From a virus (lineage: Duplodnaviria; Caudoviricetes), in IMG/VR virus record IMGVR_UViG_3300044454_000244, positions 1 through 25,262 of that record: DNA of 25,262 bases; one strand, 5' to 3'. Under the pieces are notes generated by a model, which searched no databases, was not told the origin of the DNA, and saw nothing but the letters and a program-made list of their open reading frames with translations. Below, in pieces: positions 15,758 to 24,026 of this stretch (the stretch's first letter is position 1; every line of letters begins with the position of its first letter). Both the position numbers and the translations under genes were made by a program.

Positions 15758-18604
15758 CTAGCGCACCCGGTAGGCCCAAAGAGAGTTGTTTCCAGGTAGC
15801 GGCGGATATTGCCCGCTCGAACTGGTGCGCGGCGATGTCGTGATTCCCATCAACACCTCTCCGCTATCGGGCAGAGCGACCCAGCTCGACGCGGAAAAGT
15901 TCTGCGCCGGAGCATCCGTGCAAAGCGAAAACCTGCGGGTGTCCTGATCGAATACTGCGACCTTGGTCCCGGTGAAGTTACCTGGGCCGCCGGTATTGAT
16001 GACGCCATCGTATGAACAGATCAGCACGACCTTGCGATCGACGGCGACCACCCCGCAGTGCTCTTGCCATTTCGCGGTGGCGAAGATGCCATTGTCTCCC
16101 GCCTCTTCCCACTCGCCGAGCGGCCAATGGCCGAGTGTGACGCCGTCGTCCAGCAGCCATTGTCCCGGCGACAGCGAGAAGGGTAGGTCGTAGATCTCGA
16201 AATTCGCCGCGGTCTCGGGAATATTTCCCCCGTTAGCCACGGCAAGCGCATTCTTCACATTGATGCGGACCATCACACTGCGTCGCTTGCCGCTCACGGA
16301 TTCGCGGACGCGGCCAATGAAGTAACACCAATCGTCAACGTTGGCAACGTAAGAGGTCGAGCAGTCCCACAGGCTGTAGACCAGCGTCGTTGGAAACTTG
16401 CGGTACTCGTAGGTAACGCCCGCGGGCTTGAAGATGACGATGGCTTGCGTGTCGGAACAGGCGCCGACGATCACATCGTTCGCGACGTTGCGGCCCCATG
16501 AACCGAGTCGCTCATTGGCGTAAACGCTCTCCAGCCGCCCTCCGTTGTAATTCCACCCGCCTGCGACCGACTTTGGCGCGACAAATGCGTTCGAGGACTC
16601 GAGCGTCCACGTTCCGGCGCCGCCGTTGGCGCTGGGCGTCCACGACCAGGTCCCCGACGGTTCATTGGGCGCCGGGCCATAGAGAGTGCCGGTGGCCCAT
16701 TCGTCCTGCCCGTAGAGGTTGTACCCACGGACGATGCTGGCGATCGCCCAAAACTTGCCCCGGACCTCGTCCCATACGAGAGATTGCTGGCAGTTGGTGG
16801 GTGGCCGAGTTTCGCGCGATCCGGACAGGTTGCGTGGCAGATACGGGTGCTCAAGTCGCCATGTTGCATCGCCAGCCGCATAGGGATCGATGGAATACAT
16901 GTCGTTTCGATACGACGAGTCCATCGTGTACGACTGCGCCCCGCTCGGCGCGTTGGTGGTGAAGCTGGCGCCCGAGTTCACCTGGGCGTCGGTGCCTGCG
17001 CCGCCGTCGTAGCTGAACGGCGAGTTGTAGCAGGAAAAGTCACCGCCCCACGTGTAGATGCGCTTCTTCACGGGGTGGTAGGCCCAAAAAACATGCTTCC
17101 CGGCGTTGTAGTCCGGCTGATCTGCCGAATATGTGTCGATGAATGGGTTGTTCGAGGCCGTCATCGGAATTTGCCGCCAGCGGTTGCCCGCCGACGGCGT
17201 CTCGAAGCCGATTCGGTGCCATCTCACTGAGGCCGCAGCGGACGGCGCGGTTTCCGGCCACCCCCCGCGGAAGTAGATTCCGTCGAGGTCGGGGTGGTAG
17301 TCGCCGTAAACGCTGATGTGGGGAATGAAGCCGGCCGGAGTGATGTTGACCCAGGCGGTCGGACTAGCCAGGTCATAGCGCTGCACGCTCGACCCGACGA
17401 ACACGAGGCAATTGCGCCGCGAGTCGTACTTCATCAGCTTGTAGTAGTACGGCTGGTCGCCGCTGTCGCTCAGCGTTCCGGGCATCTGGGTCGCGGTGGT
17501 GGGGTCGCGAACGTCGAGGCGCCACAGCTGATTGCCCGGATAGGCGAGCATGTAAACGTATGGGCCCACCGCGGCGATACAGTTGCGCAACTGATGCTGC
17601 CCCCCAGGCATCGAGGCGGGCCATGACACCTCAGTAATGCTGAACTTCTGCGGTCCGCCAGGCTTGCGCGCCATGATGAAGTGGCGCTTGTCCTGCTCCG
17701 CATTCCCGCTGCCAGAGGCTTCGATGCCCGCCCTCAAATATCCCACGTCCAACGCCGGACACCATATGGCCGCGGCGTTGTAATACCAGCCGGACGAACC
17801 GCCAAACCAGTACTGAACGGAGGAATTGCCGTCAACGTATTCGTTCCACACCGCCGTGCCACTGGCGATCGGCGCCCGGTTGCTATAAAGCCAGCCGGCC
17901 TCTGGCCTTGTGCCGGCGTCGTAACCAACAGTCAGGTCATAGACGCAGATACCACCATGGCCAAATTGGACGAAGGCATTCTCGGACGGGATGTAAATCT
18001 GAGGCCGATTGTCTTGCTGCGAGTAGTAGTACGAAATGTTGTCGTCGGATGCGGCAGTCTGCCAGTCCATCGTGGTGGGAAAGCGCTCCCACCCGATGAA
18101 AGCTGCGCGCGTCGTACCAGTGGCATCGTTCTTCGGCACCGGATAGGGATTGAACCCACGCACGTGATTGTCGGTCTCGGTGTGGTCCCCGGTGTTCGCG
18201 CCGATAAACATGCCCTCATTCGTTAGCAAGGCAGCCCCATAGTGAAGAACACTAGGGTTGCTTGGAGTCGATCCGACTCCGCCCGCATATGAATCGACGT
18301 CGGTTCCGATATTCGTAACGAACGACGTAGCCGACGAAGAGACCGCCAACGAGGCCCCACTATAGGCACCGGCGATCGCAGCGCCGGTTAGGCGCAACCC
18401 GCGCAGCAATGCCGCTGTCGCCTGCGCGCTCGCCACCGAACCACCGGCAAGGTTCAATCCTTTCAGCAGCGCCGCCGCCCCGACGGCACGCCCGGTGGCG
18501 TCTCCGGCGAGCTGGTTCAGCCCGGCGACGCCGACGTTTCCATCGATGGCGAGAATGCTGGAGAGACGCAGGCGGACGGGCCCGCGTAACTTGAATTCAG
18601 GCAT
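15758..18604 (-). CDS. Large putative receptor-binding protein: three 20-aa repeats then probable beta-propeller regions, 948 aa
   Basis: Repeats at about 18338-18517; blade-like motifs LWRLD, MKYDSRRNCLVFVG, YHPVKKRIYTWGG, LVWDEVRGKFW and VFDQDTRRF; W/Y/G-rich. Confidence 0.75.
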   Translation of the reverse strand: MPEFKLRGPVRLRLSSILAIDGNVGVAGLNQLAGDATGRAVGAAALLKGLNLAGGSVASAQATAALLRGLRLTGAAIAGAYSGASLAVSSSATSFVTNIGTDVDSYAGGVGSTPSNPSVLHYGAALLTNEGMFIGANTGDHTETDNHVRGFNPYPVPKNDATGTTRAAFIGWERFPTTMDWQTAASDDNISYYYSQQDNRPQIYIPSENAFVQFGHGGICVYDLTVGYDAGTRPEAGWLYSNRAPIASGTAVWNEYVDGNSSVQYWFGGSSGWYYNAAAIWCPALDVGYLRAGIEASGSGNAEQDKRHFIMARKPGGPQKFSITEVSWPASMPGGQHQLRNCIAAVGPYVYMLAYPGNQLWRLDVRDPTTATQMPGTLSDSGDQPYYYKLMKYDSRRNCLVFVGSSVQRYDLASPTAWVNITPAGFIPHISVYGDYHPDLDGIYFRGGWPETAPSAAASVRWHRIGFETPSAGNRWRQIPMTASNNPFIDTYSADQPDYNAGKHVFWAYHPVKKRIYTWGGDFSCYNSPFSYDGGAGTDAQVNSGASFTTNAPSGAQSYTMDSSYRNDMYSIDPYAAGDATWRLEHPYLPRNLSGSRETRPPTNCQQSLVWDEVRGKFWAIASIVRGYNLYGQDEWATGTLYGPAPNEPSGTWSWTPSANGGAGTWTLESSNAFVAPKSVAGGWNYNGGRLESVYANERLGSWGRNVANDVIVGACSDTQAIVIFKPAGVTYEYRKFPTTLVYSLWDCSTSYVANVDDWCYFIGRVRESVSGKRRSVMVRINVKNALAVANGGNIPETAANFEIYDLPFSLSPGQWLLDDGVTLGHWPLGEWEEAGDNGIFATAKWQEHCGVVAVDRKVVLICSYDGVINTGGPGNFTGTKVAVFDQDTRRFSLCTDAPAQNFSASSWVALPDSGEVLMGITTSPRTSSSGQYPPLPGNNSLWAYRVR

Positions 18605-18613
18605 CTCGAGGTG

Positions 18614-19018
18614 CTACACCATCACGATCGCGGCGGACAGTCCGGGGCAGGTAACTGAATCAGCCCCCGGCGGAATCACGTTGTCAGTCACAATCAGATC
18701 GGCGCCGCTGCCTGCGAGTCCGACGCTCCCGGCAATGAGTACAACATTGTTCCGGTCTCGCCATTGAAGCTTGGTGAACGTGCCAGCCGTTATGGTGCTG
18801 TCCGTGGCCACTGCGTTGGACTGAGCCTCTGCAACGCCACCACCTGGCGCGGTGGGAGTAGCGAAAGCAGGATTGGAAAAATTGAGCTGAGCGAGTTCGG
18901 CATCTGCGGCCGTGAGCAGCCGGCAGTCGCCGGTCGCATCAGCACTGCCGACATTCAGCTCCGACAGCGCACCGGCGAGAGCCGCGATGCGAACGCGGTC
19001 ATGGATGGTCAGGGACAT
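18614..19018 (-). CDS. Small beta-rich phage structural protein, 134 aa
   Basis: Start moved to ATG 19018 (GGAG SD). LAQLNFSNPAF...GTFT...GSVG..GSGADL pattern common in phage structural accessory genes. Confidence 0.75.
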   Translation of the reverse strand: MSLTIHDRVRIAALAGALSELNVGSADATGDCRLLTAADAELAQLNFSNPAFATPTAPGGGVAEAQSNAVATDSTITAGTFTKLQWRDRNNVVLIAGSVGLAGSGADLIVTDNVIPPGADSVTCPGLSAAIVMV

Positions 19019-19178
19019 GCGGAGGCTCCGGGTCTGGACGCTCAGCGATCGGGATCTCGAGCGGCACTGAGCCGCCGACGATCTCGACCTCCTTGATAAC
19101 GGAACCATCGGCCCCGCGAAACTGCAGGAGGCCGCGGATCGAAAACCGCGCCTCCAGGGCGGGAGAACCGAGGCTCAT
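18999..19178 (-). CDS. Hypothetical protein, 59 aa
   Basis: ATG 5 nt after the upstream stop; fills the gap; GLLQFRGADGSVIKEVEI beta-hairpin pattern. Confidence 0.6.
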   Translation of the reverse strand: MSLGSPALEARFSIRGLLQFRGADGSVIKEVEIVGGSVPLEIPIAERPDPEPPHVPDHP

Positions 19179-19183
19179 CTGCG

Positions 19184-19708
19184 CTACTGCAGCGTAATCG
19201 TCAGCGCACCGGCGGCGAACTGCACCGTGTTGCCGCTGGCAACCGTCTGTGAGGCGGTGAGCGCCGAGCAGAACAGCAAATTGCCTCCAGAGCTGGCATC
19301 GAGCAGGCCCCAATGCGTGACGGTGCCCGACCACGTGACGGTGCCCCAGCTGATGGCGTTATTGTTGCTGGTCTGGCCCCCGGTTCCGCTCGAGGCCGTG
19401 GTGCTGCCAGCGCTCTGCGTGCCGGCCCAATTCGCGAGGGAGCTGGCCACAGATTGGCGCGCGTAGTTACCACCAGAGGCCTCGGTGCCGCCGCCGGAAT
19501 CCGAACACGCCGCGGTGTAGAGCGCAACGTACGTGGTCGCCGGCGGCGTGAACGACTGGCCGCGCAGAAGCCAGTCGATGATCTTGTTCTCGAGGTAATC
19601 CGAAAACGCCTGGGCGTTCGCGGGTGCGGGCGCCAACGTGGCGCCGACCATCAGCGCCAGCAGGCAGGCGGCGTAGAGCCCCTTCATGCCTTGGAAAAGC
19701 TTCTTCAT
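19184..19708 (-). CDS. Small phage fibre-type structural protein with an apparent N-terminal signal peptide, 174 aa
   Basis: Start ATG 19708 with AGGAG SD. Mature part SDYLENKIIDW...YVALYTA...GGGTE.SGG.YAR...GTVTHWGLLDASSGGNLL is a recognisable phage motif set. Confidence 0.8.
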   Translation of the reverse strand: MKKLFQGMKGLYAACLLALMVGATLAPAPANAQAFSDYLENKIIDWLLRGQSFTPPATTYVALYTAACSDSGGGTEASGGNYARQSVASSLANWAGTQSAGSTTASSGTGGQTSNNNAISWGTVTWSGTVTHWGLLDASSGGNLLFCSALTASQTVASGNTVQFAAGALTITLQ

Positions 19709-19751
19709 GCGATTGCTCCTGGGTGTGTGCCGCTGGCGCGGCGGTGAAAAC

Positions 19752-21755
19752 TCAATTTCTCCAGCGCTGGGCAAAGCCCGGCCCCCGCAACTTCCGCCGC
19801 CGGTGCGGCGGAGCGGGTTCCGCTTGCTTCAGCGCAATGAATTCGTCTTGCGATGCGCGACCCTCGGCGGCGCCATCGAACATTTCCTTCTGCGGAGCAA
19901 GACCAAAAACACGTTCACGATCTCGCCATACGATTTCGGCATGGCGGCCGCTCATCAGGTACTGGAACGCGGCGTAGCCGTAGACCAGCAGGTCCCATGC
20001 CTCGTTGCGGGCCGCGCTCTTGACCCACCAGAGCGCCTTGTGGCCGGTGCGGTCACGCCGCCATTCGCGCCTTTCGGCCACCACCTGGTCGAAGTAGTCG
20101 GCCTCGTATCCGAGCGGGAAGTGCAAGAAACCGGGCCCGGCTGCCTGCAGGCCGCGTAAGCGGCTGTCGATCAGGTTCTTGATGCCCTGCGTGCCGACGT
20201 AGCGCAGCGTGACGCCTCCCGGCACGGGCTTGCCGCGCCATGTGAATTCGACGCTGCGTGGCTTGCCGAGGTGCGCGGCGTTGTACTGCGGCGCGCCCTG
20301 GATGGCGAACCAGTGTCGTCCGCGCAGCGCGGCGTCACGGCAAAAGGCCTTGACGTCCTCCGAATGATGACCGCCGATGTCGATCGCGCATGCATCGACA
20401 CGAATGAACTGGCCACTTTCGTGCTTGATAGGCGCCTCGAGCAGCTCCCGCAGTTTGACCCAGGTTTCCGGCGACGCTGGAGAACCGTAGATCTCGCCGT
20501 GGTGCAGGCCCCAGCTTTCCTCGCCGCGACCGTAGGCGCGGAGTTCGACAGCGAGACGGTTGTCCTGCACGTCGACCGCACCGACGACGATGAGACCGCG
20601 TGCAGGGCAGACCATGAGGGGATAGTTCTCTGCCCTTCCCCTCAGCCGTTCCGCATTGAATGAGCCCTTGAGCGTTTCCGCCCATACGTCGCCAAGCTCG
20701 TTGTTGGTGAAGGCCTTGAGGGACTCTTCATCACCCTGCGCGGCGATCCAGTCTGCAGCAAGTTGCGTCCACGGGCGCCATCCGATCGGGGCGCACATCG
20801 ATGGCAGATGCCAGCTCGCGACGCCTAGCTCGCCCTGCGCGGTGGCACGCCAGTGAGCGACGCCGCGGCGCGCGCATTCGTCCTCGCTCCAGGACTCATC
20901 CCGCACATAGTTGCGTGTCTTCCAGCCGTGCTCCGGATTCCCTGCGCCGCAGCCGATGCAGTGGTAGAGCGCAGTTTCCGGCTTCGCGTCCTCCCACTTC
21001 AGCTGCTTCCAGTCGAGGGGCTGGGCGTGGCCGCAATCGGGGCAGCAGAGATGCCACAGGCGCTGATCCCCGCGGCGGAACTGCTTGTCGATCGCGCTGC
21101 GGTCCTTGATCGTCGGCGTTCCGTCGCCGTAGATCTTCGCCTTGCGTCCGAAGTTGCTGGTGCGCTTTTTCGCCAAGGTAATCGGATCGCCCTGGTCGCC
21201 GATGTCCAGCGCGTATTCGTCGGGCTCTTCGAACTTGACGTAGCGAATTGTCGATGACTTGAGCCCGCCGACCCGATTGGCGCTCACCAGGCGCATCACC
21301 CCGCCGGGGTACTTCTTCCTCAGCTTGGTGTTGTTGCTGCCACTTCGGTCGGCATCACGGACGCGACGGCGTAACTCGCGCGTGCTTTTGCGCATCTCCT
21401 CGAATCGCGTGAGCTCCCATTGTTTCGCGTCCTCCAGAGTCGCGAAGACCGCGAGCATCGAACCAGCGGCCGCGCAGATCGCGTGCCCGATGAAGTTCTC
21501 GCCGATCGCAGAGCCACCAACCTGGTGCCCCTTCTTGACCCATCCCTCCCGGTAGGGAGAACCGGGCGACATCGTGTTCTGGATGTCGATGCAGTATGGG
21601 GTGCGCAGGTTGCGCCATGGGCCAGGCTCTGGGGTATCGACGGGCAGCACGCGATTGCGCACTGCCCACTCGGAGATCGTGACCCTGTCGTCCGGCCGTA
21701 TCGCTGCGGAAAGCGACCGCAGGTACTTGGCGGCCGCTCCCGCGCTTGCGTTCAT
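19752..21755 (-). CDS. terL: Terminase large subunit, lambda gpA family, 667 aa
   Basis: Start moved to ATG 21755 (ATGA overlap with the TerS stop). ISEWA, PGPW..RTPY, GDPI.LA.KRT.NF, TPTI, GDQR, CPDCG/CIGCG, VDVQDNR and NEAWD motifs. Confidence 0.96.
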   Translation of the reverse strand: MNASAGAAAKYLRSLSAAIRPDDRVTISEWAVRNRVLPVDTPEPGPWRNLRTPYCIDIQNTMSPGSPYREGWVKKGHQVGGSAIGENFIGHAICAAAGSMLAVFATLEDAKQWELTRFEEMRKSTRELRRRVRDADRSGSNNTKLRKKYPGGVMRLVSANRVGGLKSSTIRYVKFEEPDEYALDIGDQGDPITLAKKRTSNFGRKAKIYGDGTPTIKDRSAIDKQFRRGDQRLWHLCCPDCGHAQPLDWKQLKWEDAKPETALYHCIGCGAGNPEHGWKTRNYVRDESWSEDECARRGVAHWRATAQGELGVASWHLPSMCAPIGWRPWTQLAADWIAAQGDEESLKAFTNNELGDVWAETLKGSFNAERLRGRAENYPLMVCPARGLIVVGAVDVQDNRLAVELRAYGRGEESWGLHHGEIYGSPASPETWVKLRELLEAPIKHESGQFIRVDACAIDIGGHHSEDVKAFCRDAALRGRHWFAIQGAPQYNAAHLGKPRSVEFTWRGKPVPGGVTLRYVGTQGIKNLIDSRLRGLQAAGPGFLHFPLGYEADYFDQVVAERREWRRDRTGHKALWWVKSAARNEAWDLLVYGYAAFQYLMSGRHAEIVWRDRERVFGLAPQKEMFDGAAEGRASQDEFIALKQAEPAPPHRRRKLRGPGFAQRWRN

Positions 21756-22312
21756 TCCTCGTCTTCGTCGTCCCGTTCGTGAACCGCCGAGGCGACGTCG
21801 AATGACGACAACACGGAGGCAATCTCGTTGCCGATGATCTGTTCGGCCCGAAAAGCGTCGTTCTCCGCGGCGACCTGGTCCTTGATGCGCGGCGCGACGT
21901 TCTCTAGCGCGTCGCGCAAACCGCGAAAGGCAGTGAAGGCCATCCGCGACGCTTCGTCGACGTCGATCAGCTTGCCCCGCAGCTGCTCCAGCTCGAGCGC
22001 CTCGCGCTGCGCCCGCGTTTTCTCGCGCTCCGCGCGGGCCCGCCGATAGTCGGCAGTGTCGCCAGGCTGCGGTGCATCGTCCGGCTCTGCAGGAGATGGC
22101 TGCTCCGCGTGAATTGGTTGGCCCGCAACGTCCGGACGTTCGGACGAGTCGGGCCGATCGATCCTGCCTTCGACCGTTCTGGAGACATCGTGGGTCCGCG
22201 AGCGCCATTCGCGTGCTGCATCGACCGAGATCGCCGGCATTCCGGCTTGGAGATCTCTTCCCACCTGAGACTTTGAGACTCCGAGGGCCCGAGCCAGTCC
22301 GCGCACACTCAT
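21752..22312 (-). CDS. terS: Terminase small subunit (Nu1-like); start uncertain (22312 or 22342)
   Basis: N-terminal HTH MSVRGLARALGVSKSQV...GMP; coiled coil YRRARAERE...LELEQLRGKLID; directly upstream of TerL. Confidence 0.88.
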   Translation of the reverse strand: MSVRGLARALGVSKSQVGRDLQAGMPAISVDAAREWRSRTHDVSRTVEGRIDRPDSSERPDVAGQPIHAEQPSPAEPDDAPQPGDTADYRRARAEREKTRAQREALELEQLRGKLIDVDEASRMAFTAFRGLRDALENVAPRIKDQVAAENDAFRAEQIIGNEIASVLSSFDVASAVHERDDEDEE

Positions 22313-22320
22313 GCGCGGCG

Positions 22321-22434
22321 CCGTCCCCTCTCCGTGTCCCATGTCCCCTCTACCGTCCCCCAAGTTACAAACGTCCACCAAATCCGCGCGACGCGGTCCG
22401 AATTACCCGCGGGCCAAGTAGCCGGGAAGGACCC
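22321..22434 (-). other. cos packaging site: cosQ-like, cosN-like and cosB-like elements
   Basis: Minus-strand GGGTCCT at 22428-22434 is identical to lambda cosQ. Dyad CGCGG-GTAATTCGGA-CCGCG at 22392-22411. GTCCCC repeats (+ strand) at 22323, 22343 and 22355 upstream of terS. Confidence 0.75.
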
Positions 22435-22471
22435 GAGGAATCAATGAGTTGCATGTGCATCGAAGCGCTGG

Positions 22472-23245
22472 TCATCGGACGTCGCGAGCAGCCAGGCGCG
22501 CGGCACTGGCGTCGTAGGCGCGGTCGAACTCGCGCTGCAGATGCTCGGCCTGGACGCGGCGTCCGATGTCGAACAACCGAAGTCGAGTCCGGTAGGCGGG
22601 CTTGCCCACTACGATCTTGAGCACCATCTCAGTCGTCCACCCTCCGCTGCTCCGCGTGCGGCGATAGATGCCACGCGGCAGCCCGCCGCCCGGACGCGGA
22701 ACGAAATACGTTCCTCGCTTTGCGACCGTGCGCCGGCTGCGCGCGCTGTCAGTCTTGTTGGACGAGTAACCCTGCCCTGCGCTGCCCGATGCTTTCAGCT
22801 GCGAAAGTATGGTGCGCACGATGCCGACGGGGAGGTTGCCATTGGCATCGAGGGGCATCGCTTTTGCAGGTACCGTGAACTCGTTCGAGCGCAGCGCACC
22901 TACCCTCAGCAATGCTGTCTCGTAGGCCTTACGGCCGCGCGCTACCCCAAAGACCTCGGGGTAGAGATAGTGGCTATCCCTCGTCTGGGGCCCTCCAGGT
23001 CTATCCTTGAGCCAGACGGAGGCAGCGAGCCGATCCTTGTCTGCCGGCTGCAGATAGGTGGAGTTCAGTGCCCACCGCGTCGGTCTGTCGAATACTCTGC
23101 CGATTTCCTTGACCACTTCGCCCTGGGCGATCTTCGCGGTGCGAGTCAGCGCCGTCGCAATCGTGCTGCGGTAGCGTCGGTCGCTGAAGCCGTCCAGCAA
23201 CGATCGCAACCCGCGCAGATCGACGTCTGTCTTGATCGTCAGCAT
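22472..23245 (-). CDS. Basic phage protein, probable tail-completion (gpZ-like), 257 aa
   Basis: ALTRTA...VFDRPTRWALNS motif; Arg-rich. No gene lies between the gpFII-like and gpU-like genes, where gpZ normally sits. Confidence 0.6.
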   Translation of the reverse strand: MLTIKTDVDLRGLRSLLDGFSDRRYRSTIATALTRTAKIAQGEVVKEIGRVFDRPTRWALNSTYLQPADKDRLAASVWLKDRPGGPQTRDSHYLYPEVFGVARGRKAYETALLRVGALRSNEFTVPAKAMPLDANGNLPVGIVRTILSQLKASGSAGQGYSSNKTDSARSRRTVAKRGTYFVPRPGGGLPRGIYRRTRSSGGWTTEMVLKIVVGKPAYRTRLRLFDIGRRVQAEHLQREFDRAYDASAARLAARDVR

Positions 23246-23246
23246 C

Positions 23247-23278
23247 GGAAAGAACCGCCCCGCAGGCGGGCGGGGCGG
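23247..23278 (-). terminator. tR'-like intrinsic terminator in the late leader
   Basis: CCGCCCCGC-CCGCCT-GCGGGGCGG followed by TTCTTT, just before the first late gene and downstream of the Q-like gene. Confidence 0.7.
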
Positions 23279-23355
23279 CAGGCGGAGGAGAGTCGACGGC
23301 TTCGCAGCGTTGCGGGTGCAGCTCTGCCAAGCCTGCTAGATTCAAACACAGAATC

Positions 23356-23377
23356 GGAAAGTCTCGAAATTCTTTCC
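23356..23377. promoter_or_regulatory. Inverted repeat in the putative late promoter region
   Basis: GGAAAG-N10-CTTTCC in an AT-richer patch immediately after the Q-like stop. No clear -10/-35 could be assigned. Confidence 0.4.
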
Positions 23378-23378
23378 A

Positions 23379-23768
23379 CTATCTCGGCACGGGTGCCAAC
23401 GAGCTCCGTGCGGCTTGAGCCTTGGCGTCTCTCGCCTGGTGCCACTGATTCAGCCTCAAGTCAGCGTGGCATAGACGGCTGTGCAAGGTCCGCTCGCTGA
23501 TGTGCAATCGGCAGGCGATCCCCGCCCTGCTGTTTCCGATCCCATCGAGGTAGCTGGCGCGTACGGCCGCTTTCAGCTGCGGCGGGAGTGCGGCGACGGC
23601 CTGGTCCGTGAGGATGGCCTCGTCGTTGATTTCCGGGGTCAGCGTGCCCCACTGCACGGCGCAGTCGACGCGCTCGAGGTAGATCGATGGCCTCGATCCG
23701 CCGGGCGCCGTGAAGACCCATAGCGCCCAGCGATTGAGGCGCTCATGCCAGTAGGAACTGCGCTGCAT
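23379..23768 (-). CDS. Antiterminator Q-like / late transcription regulator, 129 aa
   Basis: Start ATG 23768 (TGATG overlap). RLNRWALW, TDQAVAALP...Y and C-terminal HTH IACRLHISERTLHSRL; position before the late operon. Confidence 0.78.
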   Translation of the reverse strand: MQRSSYWHERLNRWALWVFTAPGGSRPSIYLERVDCAVQWGTLTPEINDEAILTDQAVAALPPQLKAAVRASYLDGIGNSRAGIACRLHISERTLHSRLCHADLRLNQWHQARDAKAQAARSSLAPVPR

Positions 23769-24016
23769 CAGTCGCCCACCCGTTGCCAGCGATCCGCGCG
23801 GATGACCTCGATCGGCTCGGGAGGCATTGGAGGTGGAGTTCCGATCTGCTGACCGCCCTCCTCTGCATAGAACCGGTGTGGCCATCCACGCAGCCCGGCT
23901 CGAATCGAGGCGTTGATCCCGTCCTCCCCGAACGCCTGCCGAAGGTCATCCACAAAAGCGGCCGTGAGGGGCATGCGATCGCGCAAATTGATTCTCGACT
24001 CGTTCTTTTCGGTCAT
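23768..24016 (-). CDS. Phage hypothetical protein, 82 aa
   Basis: MP.TAAFVDDLR.AFG...FYA.EGG..IGT; coupled to the Q-like gene. Confidence 0.75.
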   Translation of the reverse strand: MTEKNESRINLRDRMPLTAAFVDDLRQAFGEDGINASIRAGLRGWPHRFYAEEGGQQIGTPPPMPPEPIEVIRADRWQRVGD

Positions 24017-24026
24017 CTTTAAGTCC

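Noticed and set aside
14645-18604. Diversity-generating retroelement targeting the adhesin-like genes
   Set aside because: No reverse transcriptase and no adenine-mismatched repeat pair noticed in the window.
1176-22208. Extended N-termini in the ORF track (1176-2642, 5894-6787, 10902-11510, 7844-9826, 19752-22208)
   Set aside because: They overlap upstream genes; downstream starts with an SD or stop-start overlap fit better.
743-23381. Genome-wide TAG reassignment
   Set aside because: Core genes have no internal TAG, and several TAG stops would read into overlapping nonsense.
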